Position numbers and translations under genes: made by a program. A stretch of DNA of 64,000 nucleotides from the human T2T-CHM13v2.0 reference genome, Homo sapiens. The stretch is taken from assembly GCF_009914755.1 (NCBI RefSeq), contig NC_060928.1. One strand, given 5' to 3'. This document shows positions 14,488 through 27,449 of this stretch, in pieces (the stretch's first letter is position 1; the number at the start of each line of letters is the position of its first letter). A model generated the notes under the pieces. The model did not search any database and was not told the DNA's origin. It saw nothing but the letters and a program-made list of their open reading frames with translations.

Positions 14488-17175
14488 TACCTCTTTTCTT
14501 TGCAAATTTATAGCAATCACAGAGGAAACTTTCATGGATATAAAATCATTAGGTAAAAACTTTTTATGTTGTAAACATCATCAAAGTCATGATGTTTAAA
14601 AAACCAACCAAACAAAAAATACTAGCAGACAAACACATCTACCATACAGCAATGGAAAATTAGCAGCCCCAACATTTTATTCTGGATTTTCTGAAGAAAT
14701 AAATTAAGATGATATCCACATATTTCCATAAAAAGCTTTCAAAATAAGTAGTACTTACTACTCTATGTGCATATGATTATTGCTGAATTGGTTTTCAGTT
14801 TGGATTATGCATATATATGATGCACATATATGGCATTATGCAAAAAAATGTTAAATGCTAAGAGGAATATGAGGGGTTTCTGAGAGAGCATGTACTTTCT
14901 TATGAGGGCAAGCTTTAAATGGCATTGAGGTCATTATCACTAGGGATTCAATCATTTCCAACAATCCCTTCAACAGGGAGGATTATGGGCTGACATCTCA
15001 TTATTGAAGTACTGAAACATGAATAATTTGTCCTACGTTGATAGGAGATACTGAAACCCATATAGTTATGAGGTCATAGCTGTAAAGAATAAACTCTAAA
15101 ATTATTACAAAAGAATAATAATGGGAAAGAAATACTAATGAAAACTATGATTGTATATACATCCCATGTAATTTACATATATTCATCATCTTTTGTTAAA
15201 TAAATATGGTTATCAGATGTTTATCTTGTTTAAATAAAATTGCGTTTTTTAAAAAAGTCTATTGCTGATATTTCCAAATTTCCTATGAAATTAAGTGGCA
15301 GAGAAGGAATATAAATGAGAGAAAAAAGCAAAAGATTCATGAGTTAATGAAGTAGTCATTCTTGGGACTGAAAACAGGTACATCCTTCTCTCTTTGGTTT
15401 TTCTTATATAATATAATATGAAATAATAAAAATGCCGAGTCATTGCATGTTCAGTGAACAGAGTAAATTTGAATACAGTATCAGAAGTGTGGCAAAGTAA
15501 ATATAAATATTATTTATAAAGGAAATCTGACTTTCCAAGCATATGTGAAATTATTCATATTTAAAACAAAAACAATACAAAATCAGCTTAATAATGATTT
15601 TACAGCAGTTGTTACAAAGAACCAGTGTTAAAATTTTATAACAAGTTTACTAGTAGACTATGCAAATATCTCTGTCCACATTCTTAAAGAGAACAGAACA
15701 CAGATTAAATAAGATTAGTGTAAGTGTGTAAGCAACTAAAGGTATTCAGTGTTGCAGTGAAAATTAGCCTGCAGCATAGAGCTGATTTTGCTATTTCAAC
15801 CAAACTACATCATTGCCAGCCATATTGAAAATCTCATTTGTCCAAGAATTAAGGATAAATAATCTCTAATTTCATTAAGTAAACTTTGAATTATTGAAAA
15901 TATGTTTTATTATTAAAAGAAAGCATTGGAAAATCATCAGCTATTCCTTTAATCTATCTTTTAACAAAAAATACAATAATAAAGACTAACATGAAACAGA
16001 GAGACACTCACAGGTTATATAAAACCTCTAGGCCCATTTGTCCAGCATTTGTAAATCTCTTATCGAGAGTGAAGGGCAAAAAATATATTTAGTTGGTTTC
16101 CTCATAGATGGATGTTGACTTGGAAAAAAAATAGAACTTTAAAAAAAATAGATCTTAAAAGGGGCTACATGTTTTTTACTGATAAAATAGAAGTACAGAA
16201 ATATCACGTTTCTCTTAATGCTTCTGTATGCAGTTTATATAATATTTTGCAATATTCTCTTAAAATTAAAATGATAATAGCAAATGAGTAACAGAAGAAT
16301 TGAGATGATAGAACTAAAATTAAGAATTTTTGGTATAGAACTTTTGAGAAATTTACATGTATAAATATATATGTATTTATATGCTGTAACTCTACATATG
16401 TATTTATACATGCATATAATTAAGAATATTATAATTTCAAAAAGTGCTGATGAATTACCCTAGTTTTCACTTCCTCCAAATATTTTTAATTTTCTACTTT
16501 GTATGTCCTTTCATACAGTGTTTTATCTTGAACACTTATCTGAAAATAAATAATTTCTCAAAAGATCACAATAAAGTCACATGGTCATTGAGTTCATGAT
16601 TTTAAAATGCATTTATTTATTTTTATAGAAACCAAGGTTGTCGTCTTCCATGGTCCTTGGTGAACTTACCATGCTCCATCAGCCTGGGTGCACAGCATAA
16701 GCAAGAACAAAACTATTGTTTTAAGACCTGGAGTGGTTGGGTAAGGGCAAGGTTGTGTTTAAAGATGCATCAGAATTCAGACAAAGGAATAGCCCCTAAT
16801 ATCATACTCAGATACTTTTTCTGTCATCTGAAGTATACGTGTCCTCATCCTCCTCAGGGCTGTGCTGTTCTTGGCATCTTTCACAGCCACTGCTATGCTC
16901 ACACTGGTGTATACACTTCCTGTGGTGGCTCCATCAGAAGCCAGCGAAGAGGTGATTCTATTGTATTTCTTAGAGTATTACGTGAAGCCCTATGCCAATT
17001 TGGGCCATTCCTTGTGGGCCTCTTTCTGAGCATTGTCATGCACCAAAAGCACCAAGAAAACACTCTCAGAACCAAGGTGCAGGCCCTGCTGGGTGGAGAT
17101 GCTCCCTGGTCAGCCTATTTGCTGTGACCACTCTGGCATATGTGGTGGACGATGCCTCTGCTTCCTCTCTAGTGG

Positions 17176-17237
17176 CTGCAGCTCTCTACCAAGCCCTCCA
17201 CCAGATCTGCAGCTCTCTACCAAGTCCTCCACTGGAC
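17176..17237 (+). repeat. 31-bp tandem duplication inside the OACYL retrocopy CDS
   Basis: CTGCAGCTCTCTACCAAGCCCTCCACCAGAT (17176-17206) and CTGCAGCTCTCTACCAAGTCCTCCACTGGAC (17207-17237), 4 mismatches. Confidence 0.95.
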
Positions 17238-17238
17238 C

Positions 17239-17409
17239 CCCTCAATTTCCAGCGATGAGGCTTAGGGTTGAGGATAGACTTGAGATGCTGGGATCCAAGT
17301 TCTCAGATGTGTGTTTTTTCTAGGTGTATAACTTCATATTAACCGTCTACAACTTGTGGATGTCTCCCATCACTTATAATAAAGCTCTTTGTTTGCTTAA
17401 AAAAAAAAA
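17239..17409 (+). repeat. Internal polyadenylated duplicate of the retrocopy's own 3' terminus (second copy at 18788-18991)
   Basis: Aligns to 18788-18961 with ~13 substitutions, a 13-nt deletion and two 1-nt indels. Has its own AATAAA (17378-17383) and A11 (17399-17409). Confidence 0.95.
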
Positions 17410-18252
17410 GTCCTTTTTGTATGCCACAGAGGCTATGGAGGTCTGGTGAACTTCGTGCTTTCTTGGGACATCTGGATTTTTTGGCCAGCATCAGTTATGC
17501 TTGCTACTTACTCTGGTCATCCTCTGCAATGAGCTTCAGGAAACACTTGCTCACTGCACTGACAAGATGTTCTATCTTTTCTCTGGACACTGTCTGCTGA
17601 CCTTCATTACTGGGCTGGCCCTGACGCTATTCACTGGGTAACCATCCTGGGAACTGAAGCAGTTCCTGGTGGGCCATGAATGTTCTGGTTAAAAGCCAGA
17701 AGAATGGATGGGTCTTTGTTGGTGGTGACAAGCAAAGACCCCGTGGCCTTGTTTATGTAATGAATGCTTGTGTTGCTGAGAAAGGGTGTAAATCTGATTT
17801 TGTGAAAGTCTGATATATCCAAGCTCTTTGTATGTAGTATTTAAAAGAGTTCTGAGTACTTATGATGCAAAAGAATTCTATGATAATTTTTAGTAGCACA
17901 TTAATCAACTTCTGTTGGAACTTTTTAGCAAAAAAAAAAAAACCTAGATTTCTTTTTTGCTTGATCTGTATTTGATTTTTATACCAATGATCATAGGAAA
18001 TGATCAAATGTGAATTTAATGTAAGTTGGGTTCTGAAGCTCACTTGGGTTATAACATTTGCATTTCTCTGTAAAATTATAGTAGGCAGTATGCACTTTCC
18101 TACAACATAATTGTTCATATGTTATTATGGTATCTTTGTAAACTAGTAACTTTATCCTAGAACCTCAGGGTGGTATGTCTGACTAGCACACACAATTCAT
18201 GGGTTTGTCATTATAGGCCTTTCAAATATCACCTTTTCTTCAAGATGGTCCT

Positions 18253-18728
18253 TGTTTTGGACTAAATTGTATTTCTGCCCCCAAAATCCTATGTTGAAAT
18301 CTAACCCCCAGTGCATCAGAATGTGGCTTATTTGGAGACAGGGTCTTTAGAAGGTAATTAAGTCAAGTGGGGTCACTGGAGATGGAGACTCTAATCCAGT
18401 ATGGCTGGTGTCCTTATAAAAAGAGGAAATTTAGACACAGAGACAGGCAAGCACACAAGGAAGATGATGTGAAGATACACGGGGAAAAGACGGTCGTCTG
18501 CAAACCAAGGAATACCAAGGATTGCTGGCAAAGACCAGAAACTGAGGGAAGCAAAGACCAGAAACTGAGGGAAGTAGTCTCCCCTAGAGCTGTCCAAGAG
18601 AGCATGGCTCTTTAGGACATCTTGATTTTGGACTTCTCGCCTCCAGAACTGTAAGACAATACATTTCTGTTATTTCAAGCCACCCAGTTTATGGTGCTTT
18701 GCAATAGCGGCCTTAGGGAACTAAAGTA
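18253..18728 (+). mobile_element. MaLR LTR, MLT1B/C-like, within the retrocopy 3' UTR
   Basis: TATTTGGAGACAGGGTCTTT, GGTGTCCTTATAAAAAGAGGAAATTTAGACACAGA, CCTCCAGAACTGTAAGACAATACATTTCTG; contains a perfect 23-bp tandem duplication at 18528-18573. Confidence 0.9.
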
Positions 18729-20339
18729 GTGCCCCCCAAAAAATGACAAAGAAGGAATAAACCTCAGTGAGGGACTTTTAGCCCAATCCTTCAATTTCCA
18801 GTGATGTGGCCTAGGGGTGAGGATAGACTTGCAAGGCCAAATAGAGACGCTGGGATCCAGGTTCTCAAGCGTGTGTTTCTCCTAGGTGTATAACTTCACA
18901 TTAACTTGTCTACACTTGTGGATGTCTCCCATCACTTATAATAAAGCTCTTTGTTTGCTTTAAGAAAAAAAGAAAAGAAAGAAAGAAAGAAAGAAACCAA
19001 AAGAAAGTTACTTCACTCATGCCTGAAAATACAAATGATTTATTGATTTACTTGCTCTTATTTCTTCCCACTTGATATTAAATCACAAATAAAAGCATGG
19101 TAATGTTCTCGCAGAGCTATGTAAGGACATAATGTTTTAAATACTGACTGGAATGAATATATATTTTGACATTGATACCAGAGAAATGTTAGTATCATTT
19201 TGATTTTCAATAATTCAGATGTTAGGCTTTTAGAACTTTTATATATACATTTCTTGGGTATATTCAAAATTAATAAGGTCATATGGTTGCCATAAGAAAA
19301 TCATAGCTAAAGTGATTTAAAATGTAGGAGCCACAATTGATTTAATTACACGCCAAGAAATGAAGAACAAAAATGATATAAATGCTTCTAATAGGAAAAG
19401 AAAACTGTTTTTACAGAGTTAAACCATCATCGAGTTAAACAAGCACATAACCTATCTTGGTTTGGACCTTCGGAGAGTGGACTGATGGCCTGAAGTGTGA
19501 TCTGAATTGATGGGGCAGAGACATTCTATACACACAGATAACCGGCCTCTCGTCTTGCGAAGTTCTCCAGTGCATAGTCAGAGCTAGTGACCTTACTGAG
19601 TAGGGTGACTAAGAGTGTGACAAAGGGTGACTCTGCCCATATTTTCTCTGTGTCTTCCCATTGCGATGGGTCATTTTAAAGCTGACACCAATCTTTAACC
19701 CATAAGTAATTCTATATTAAAAAAAAAACCCCTGGTTACAGCACATTTAATAGTGATAATTCCACAGTATGTTAATTATCTGGTCTCTCTAAAATAAGTC
19801 ACTGTAAGGGGCTCCAGCTTTTTTCTTATGATATTAAATAAATCAGAGAAGAAGAGGTTATCATGATGGTTCGGAGGCACTCCAAGTCCAGAAAGAGAGA
19901 AGTCCCGAAGAGTTATAAGGATTTAACGAATTGGTTGCTCAAACTCTTTGGCAGTAGAAAGGTTGTGCAGGAATCTAAAGGCAGAGAGAGACTGAAACTA
20001 ATGAAAGAAGTGAACCATAAAAGTAAGTTTTTTCCTCCTAGGGTACTTCTCCAAAATGCAATTTTCTTAGCCCCATACCCTAGGGTAATTTTGAGACTGA
20101 TGGTCTGAAACCACATTTTGAGAGACTCCTTTAAGAGCTCTTTTTATTGTCTTTCAAACCAGCTTCCTCAAGGTATGGTGGTCATGTATTTAAATTGGTG
20201 CTTAAGAATATATTCAATTTTAGATTCATAGCTCCCCCAGCTGATTTTAAGATTTGATTTTTCCTTTTCATCTAGAGGGGCTTTTTAGTTTCACTATAGT
20301 ATGCTTAATGTGGATGTCTTTTAATATTTTTCAGTACTC

Positions 20340-21055
20340 AATTGCAGTATAATTGACGTGCAATAAATGGAACTTGGAAACATATGCTTACACCCGTGAA
20401 ACTGCTAAACACAGTATGACAGTTGAATAGAGACATCACCATCCAAAAATTCTCTGGCCCCTTTGTAGTCCCTACCACCTGCCCCACATGTGCCCAGACA
20501 GTTACCAATCTTGTGATTGTTAGTTTTTATTTTGTAGAATTTCATATTAATGAAATCATACAAAATATACTCTTTTTATCTAACTTCTTTGGCTCAGTTT
20601 ATTCTTTTATATTGCTGAGTAATATTGATTATCACTTCACTTATTGGTGGACATTTGAATTGTTCCCAGTTTGGGATATTATAAATAAAGCTTCAGTGAA
20701 TATGTGTGTACAGGTCTTTGGCCAGACATGATTTGATATCAATTAGTCAAACATCTCAGGCAGAAAAAAATGGGTCATTTGGCAAATGTATGTTTAACTT
20801 AAAAAAAAAAAAAAAAAGCCCTGCCCAGTGATTTTACATTTCCAGCAGCAATGCATGAGAGTTCCAATTCCTCTAGATCCTCACCAACACTTGGTATGGT
20901 CAGTTTTTAAATTTTGCACATTCTAATAGGTGAATAGTAGTAGCTCCTTATTGTTTGCCTTTGTGCTCATCAAATGAATAATGATATTGAGCATCTTTTT
21001 ATGTACCTAATTGCCATCTATATGTACTCTTTGGTAAAGTTTCTCTTTAAATTGG
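20340..21055 (-). mobile_element. L1ME-type 3' region
   Basis: GGACATTTGAATTGTTCCCAGTTTGGGATATTATAAATAAAGCT, CAGCAGCAATGCATGAGAGTTCCA and TGAGCATCTTTTTATGT are reverse-strand L1M 3' motifs. Confidence 0.8.
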
Positions 21056-21096
21056 TTTGTGGAAAAAGTTAACAGTTATCTTTATTTTTAAAATAG

Positions 21097-21435
<339 letters not shown>

Positions 21436-21630
21436 TGGAAACTAGGTCTTTAATGACATTATTCAGTTACCTAACTTTCCTGTGTAACCCACTGATGGAC
21501 ATCACCCTCTAGGAGGTGAAAAATACTTATAAACTGCTATTGTAGATTTGTATGTTACCTGTAGAGGAATGGGTGAGAAAAAAAAAGTCAAATGAAAAAT
21601 ATTCCTATACGCCTGTGCTATAATTATATA

Positions 21631-21907
21631 TGGAGGGGGATCTTGTTCTCTAGAGTTCAGTGGCCCAATCACAGCTCACTGCAGCCTTGAACTCCTGGGC
21701 GCAAGACATCCTTCTGCTTCAGCCTCTCTAGTAGCTGGGACTACAGGAGCATGCTACTATGACTGACTAATTTTTTTTAATTTTTTGTGGAGGCAGAGTC
21801 TCACTCTCTGTTTTCCAGGGTGGTCTTGAACTCCTGGGCTCAGGTAATTCTCTTGCCTTGGCCTCCCAAAATGCTGAGATTACAGGCATGAGCCACTGTG
21901 CCAGGCC
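21631..21907 (-). mobile_element. AluJ
   Basis: CACAGCTCACTGCAGCCTTGAACTCCTGGG, T-rich linker, GAGCCACTGTGCCAGGCC end. Confidence 0.88.
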
Positions 21908-23815
21908 ATGTGCTATAAATACTGTTTGATTTTAATGAAACATCTAATTCTCTTTCTTTTTGTTAAAGAGCTATTTTCACTAATTTCCTGCAGTAGGAAG
22001 ATCCTCAGCTGAAAAAAATTGCTCAGCTCTAGATAATTATTGCTTCTCTGAGATCTATGTGAAAATGATAAGGATGGTCCTTTAATAGCCATATCTGCAC
22101 CACATTGAGTGCCCAATTATAGTTGACTGATAGAAAGTATAAACCTCCCCCAGAGTTAGAAAATCTGTACTTAGGCTTCATGGTCTTTCTAACCCCTACA
22201 AAAAAATTTCTATTTAAAAAAAAAGGAGAATGTCACAGTTTTCAAAACGTTTGCTGCTCAGTGTGTGGACTATAACTTGCAGGGAGTAAATATTATCTGG
22301 GACCTTCCAGGAAAGATGGATTCCCAGGGTCCAGAAAGACCCACAGATGTAGAAGATTGTGTTTAACCAGAATTCCCCGTGAATTGTATAGCCATTTAAA
22401 TAAAATTAATTAAATAAAATCGACATTTAAAAGCAGTACTCTAAAGCACTTCAGTCCTTAATTTTAGTCTATATCTGAGTTTTAGACCTATATGTGCCAT
22501 TGCATTCCATGAACCAACTCTGTGATTTTATACTAGACGTTCCTTACAAAAGTAATAAATAGCTTATACATGCCTCCCCACCCGGAATTTTTTTTTTTTT
22601 TTTGCTTGTTAGCTACTATGGATTTTTATTACTTACAAATCAAGGGCCCTTAATAAATCAGCTTCTCAAACAAAATTTCCTTTAGCACTGTAGCACAAAT
22701 CTTGAAGTCTGGAAGCAATTACTGTGCATATCAATGATAATGACAGATGTTATACATTGGGGTTGGCTTACAATCATCTGCAGGTTAATTTTATTATTTT
22801 GATTCATACTTGGGAAATTCATATTAATGAAGATTACCTCAAAAGAGCTGAGTTTCATTTTCCTCAAGAATTCAGATAAAGTTAATGTAAATTTTTTTTT
22901 GAAATGGCATTTTAGAAGACCAGGTAGCCATAATTACATACCTTCTTATCCTTATAATCAGTAGGTATAAAGGCTACTGTTATAAGAGAAAAGTAACTAC
23001 TAAATATTGAAATAAAAGAGTAACTTGCAATACATGATTCTGGTAGCTACTTGAATAGGATTAGGACACATCTGTGCACTCAAAGAAAATGAAATATTTT
23101 AAAGTGAATTAAATTACCTTTCAGTAATTCAAGTAGAAAAAAATCTAACATGCAAGGCAAAATCTGCAGAAATGTAAGCATAATACTTTTGCATAGCAAA
23201 TTCTTAAAGCTCTTTATGTGATATTAGCAAAAAGGCAGATACGCTATTCAGGGTACTTTATGAATGAAAAAAATTGAAATTAACCAAATTATATAATTCC
23301 ATATAATAAATCTAAAAATTTATGAGAATATTTTAATATGATTTGCACCATTTTATTTATAGGTTTAATCTTTTTAAAGGAGGTAACAAAGAGACATTGA
23401 CCACATTCTTTCCATTATGATAGTGATTTTTAGTCTAAAGCAAGTTTTATACTTTATTCTAGAAAAACATCACAAGGATGAAGAAAAATCAATTTGCTTT
23501 CTGTGGTTGTTCTTCTAAAATTTAAGGATACTAGCAAGTTTAGAAAAGAAAGAATTAGTCAATTTATAAACAATCAATGTTACATATACGTGTGTGTGTA
23601 CACATGTGTGTGGTGTGTATCAGCCAAGAACAACATATGACTACTTGATTTATGTCTCGAAATATTTCAAAGTTACATTCTATAAATCATTAATTCTTAA
23701 TGTTTGAACAATGAGCTAGTGTTCAGTGACAGAATTCTAGAAAGAATGACATTGAAGTGCTGCTTCTCAAAACTCAACTTGTGAAATAAGAAAAAAATAA
23801 TAATATAATAGAACA

Positions 23816-23911
23816 GTCTACAATGATACCATCCTGAACATGTCTGATCTTTTCTGATCTCAGAAGCTAAGCAGGATTGGGCCTGGTTAGTACTTGTATG
23901 AGAGAGTGCCT
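23816..23911 (+). pseudogene. RNA5SP: 5S rRNA pseudogene (3'-truncated, ~80% identity)
   Basis: GTCTAC...ATACCATCCTGAAC...CTGATCTCAGAAGCTAAGCAGGATTGGGCCTGGTTAGTACTTG...GCCT is colinear with vertebrate 5S rRNA nt 1-96. About 18 mismatches by eye, many at CpG sites. Confidence 0.93.
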
Positions 23912-24079
23912 AAAAATAACACTTGAAGTCTTGAAACAATTACTGTAAATATCAGTGAATGAAGGAATGAAAAGACAAGCCACTGACTGAGGGGAAATAT
24001 TTGCAAAGACATCTGACAAATAACTGTTATCCAAACTGTACAAAAACTCTTAAAATTCAACATTAAAAAACACACAGCC

Positions 24080-25211
<1,132 letters not shown>

Positions 25212-25333
25212 TAAAAGTTCCATATCTTAATAGAATCTTCATCAAAAAATAGATAGAAATGGCAAATAAGCATGTAAAAAGATGCTCCATATCATATATC
25301 ATCAGAGAAATGCAAGTTAGCACAACACTGAAT

Positions 25334-25512
25334 GGCCAGATAGGGTGATTCACACCTGTAATCCCAACACTTTCAGAGGCCGAGGAGGGAGGATTGCTTG
25401 AGGCCAGGCACGAGTTCGAGATTAGCCTGGGTAACACAGGGAGACCCTGTTTCTACCAAAAACAAACAAACAAAAAAATAAAAAATAAAAGAAGAAGAAG
25501 AAGAAAGAAAAA
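25334..25512 (+). mobile_element. Alu left monomer (FLAM_C-like) with composite A-rich tail
   Basis: GGCCAG...CCTGTAATCCCAACACTTT...GAGTTCGAGA...GAGACCCTGTTTCTAC followed directly by a (CAAA)/(GAA) tail. Confidence 0.88.
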
Positions 25513-26639
25513 TCCCAATGAATGAGACACTATTAAATAACTATTAGAATGGTCAAAATCCAGAACACTGATGACATCAAATGTTGGCAAGGATGTAGAG
25601 CAGTAGGAACTTTTATTTATTGCTGGTGGGAATGCCATATGCTGTAGTCATGTTGGAAGACAGTTCGATGGTTTCTTACAAAACTAAACACATTTTTACC
25701 ATGCAATCCAGCAATCATGGCTTCTTGGTATTTTAACTTCAAAAAAATTAAAACTTATGCCCCTACAAAAACTTGCACAAGCATGTTTATAGCATCTTTA
25801 TTCTAATTGCCAAAGTTTGCAGGCAACTAAAATATCTTTCGGTAGGTAAATAGATAAATAAACCATGGCACAGCCAAACCATGAAATATTATTTAATGAT
25901 AAAGATCTATCCAACCATGAAAAGGCATGGAGGAAACTTAAATGCACTTTATTATGTGAAAGAAGTCAATGTAAAAGTGCTATATACTATGATTATGACT
26001 ATATAACATTTTGGAAAAGACAAAACTATAGAGACAAAAAAAACAGTGGTTGTCAGGACTTAGGGGGATGGGGAAGGATGAATAGGCAGAGCATAGAGGA
26101 TTTGGGGTGTAAATGTACTTAGATAATACTATAGTGGTAGACACGTGTGATTATACATCTGTTCAAGCCCACGGAATGTACAACACCAAGGATGAATGCT
26201 ATGGTTAACCATGGACTTTGAGTGATTATGATGTGTCAATGTAGGCTCATCAATTGTAACAAATTGGGGGATGTTGATAATAGAGGAGGCTATACACGTG
26301 CTGCAACAATGGGGATATAGAGAAGCTCCATACCTTCATCTCAATTTTACTGTAAACTAAATCTGTTCTAAAAAAAAGTCTTTTATTTAAAAATTCACGA
26401 AATTAAATGAAAAAAATGATATTTTGGCCATTGTTTTCTCTATATTGCAGAATATTAGCCTTACTGACACCTTCAGACAATGTACCAAAATTAATTCCAG
26501 GTAGTTGTGGGACTCAATGAGAAAGGTGAAACAATATAGGTGAATATTCTCATGGTTTGGGGAAAGTGAGACTAGCAGCATTTGGCAATAGCCATCAGAA
26601 AATGGCTTTGATAATCCACTTTATCACATGTGCTTTTGA

Positions 26640-27360
26640 TATTATCAACATTTTACCTTACTTCTATTATTTACTCCTATTGATAGTCTTAGGATTTTAG
26701 TTGCTTTATTTTTCTAATTTTTGGAGGTGGATAATTAGATTAGTAATTTTCATAATTTGTTAAAAATAATTTAAGCCTAGAATTTATCATTAAATACAGA
26801 ATTCATCATATCCCCCCAATTTTGATGAAGACATTTTCATTTGTATTTGGTCCAGTATTTTAAAATCCATATCAACATTTTTCTTGTCCCACATTTTATT
26901 TAGACATATCATTTCTTAATTTAAAGGCATGTAGACATATTACTGATTTTTTTGTTATTGATTTATAAGTTTATGTTATGACAGTCTTAGATTATACACT
27001 CTACGATAACCCTTTGATATTTGTTCAGACTTATTTTCTGGACCAGCATATAATCACTTCCATAGAAATTCTGTGTATATTTGAAAAACACTATTACAAT
27101 CTGAAATTTTAAGGACAGTGCTCTATGTCTGCCCACTAGGTGAAAATATTTAAATTATATTGCTTAAAACATCTATATGCTTAAATTTTGTTTGCTCTGC
27201 TAATCTAACAGTTACTAAGAAGGATATATTAAACACTGTCCACTTTGGTTGTACATTTGTCTTAATTTTTCTTCATGAGGACATTGGTATTCATGAATGA
27301 GGCAACAAACCTCATTAGGTGTCTACTGTATGTTAAGAAATTTGTTTTCTAAAAACAGCT
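26640..27360 (-). mobile_element. Very old L1 (L1M5/ME) ORF2 endonuclease-region fragment
   Basis: TTTTTGTTATTGATTTATAAGTTT, GATATTTGTTCAGACTTATTTT and GTGTATATTTGAAAAA resemble the reverse of old L1 ORF2. Confidence 0.6.
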
Positions 27361-27449
27361 TTTTTGATATAAAGAAAGTATACTTGCATAAATCTTTATT
27401 TTCTTAAGTTTTAGGATTTTGTTTAAAATCTTATGAAATCATATGTGAA

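Larger units (their letters stand above)
16636..18991 (+). pseudogene. OACYL: Retroposed (semi-processed) pseudogene of OACYL, O-acyltransferase-like (acyltransferase-3 / NRF-6 family): C-terminal CDS, 3' UTR and poly(A)
   Basis: Translation from 16832 across frameshifts: [122 protein letters not shown]...[92 protein letters not shown] (stop 17690-17692). Acyltransferase-3 motifs YxKPYxxxGPFLVG and LSWxxWxxLxxISYxxYL are present. AATAAA at 18940-18945, A-rich tail 18962-18991, TSD AGAAACCAA at 16627-16635 and 18992-19000. The gene name is recognised from memory. Confidence 0.85.

Noticed and set aside
14572-14598. 10-bp inverted repeat TAAACATCAT / ATGATGTTTA
   Set aside because: Short and AT-rich; expected by chance in 64 kb.
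16657-17323. ORFs of 156, 88 and 96 aa as a live gene
   Set aside because: Each contains at most a piece of the OACYL frame joined by frameshifts; the true frame has shifts, an insertion and a premature stop.
17176-18991. Repeated units as a CRISPR-like or programmed repeat array
   Set aside because: Only two copies of each unit, explained by retroposition and duplication in primate DNA; no spacer periodicity or associated genes.
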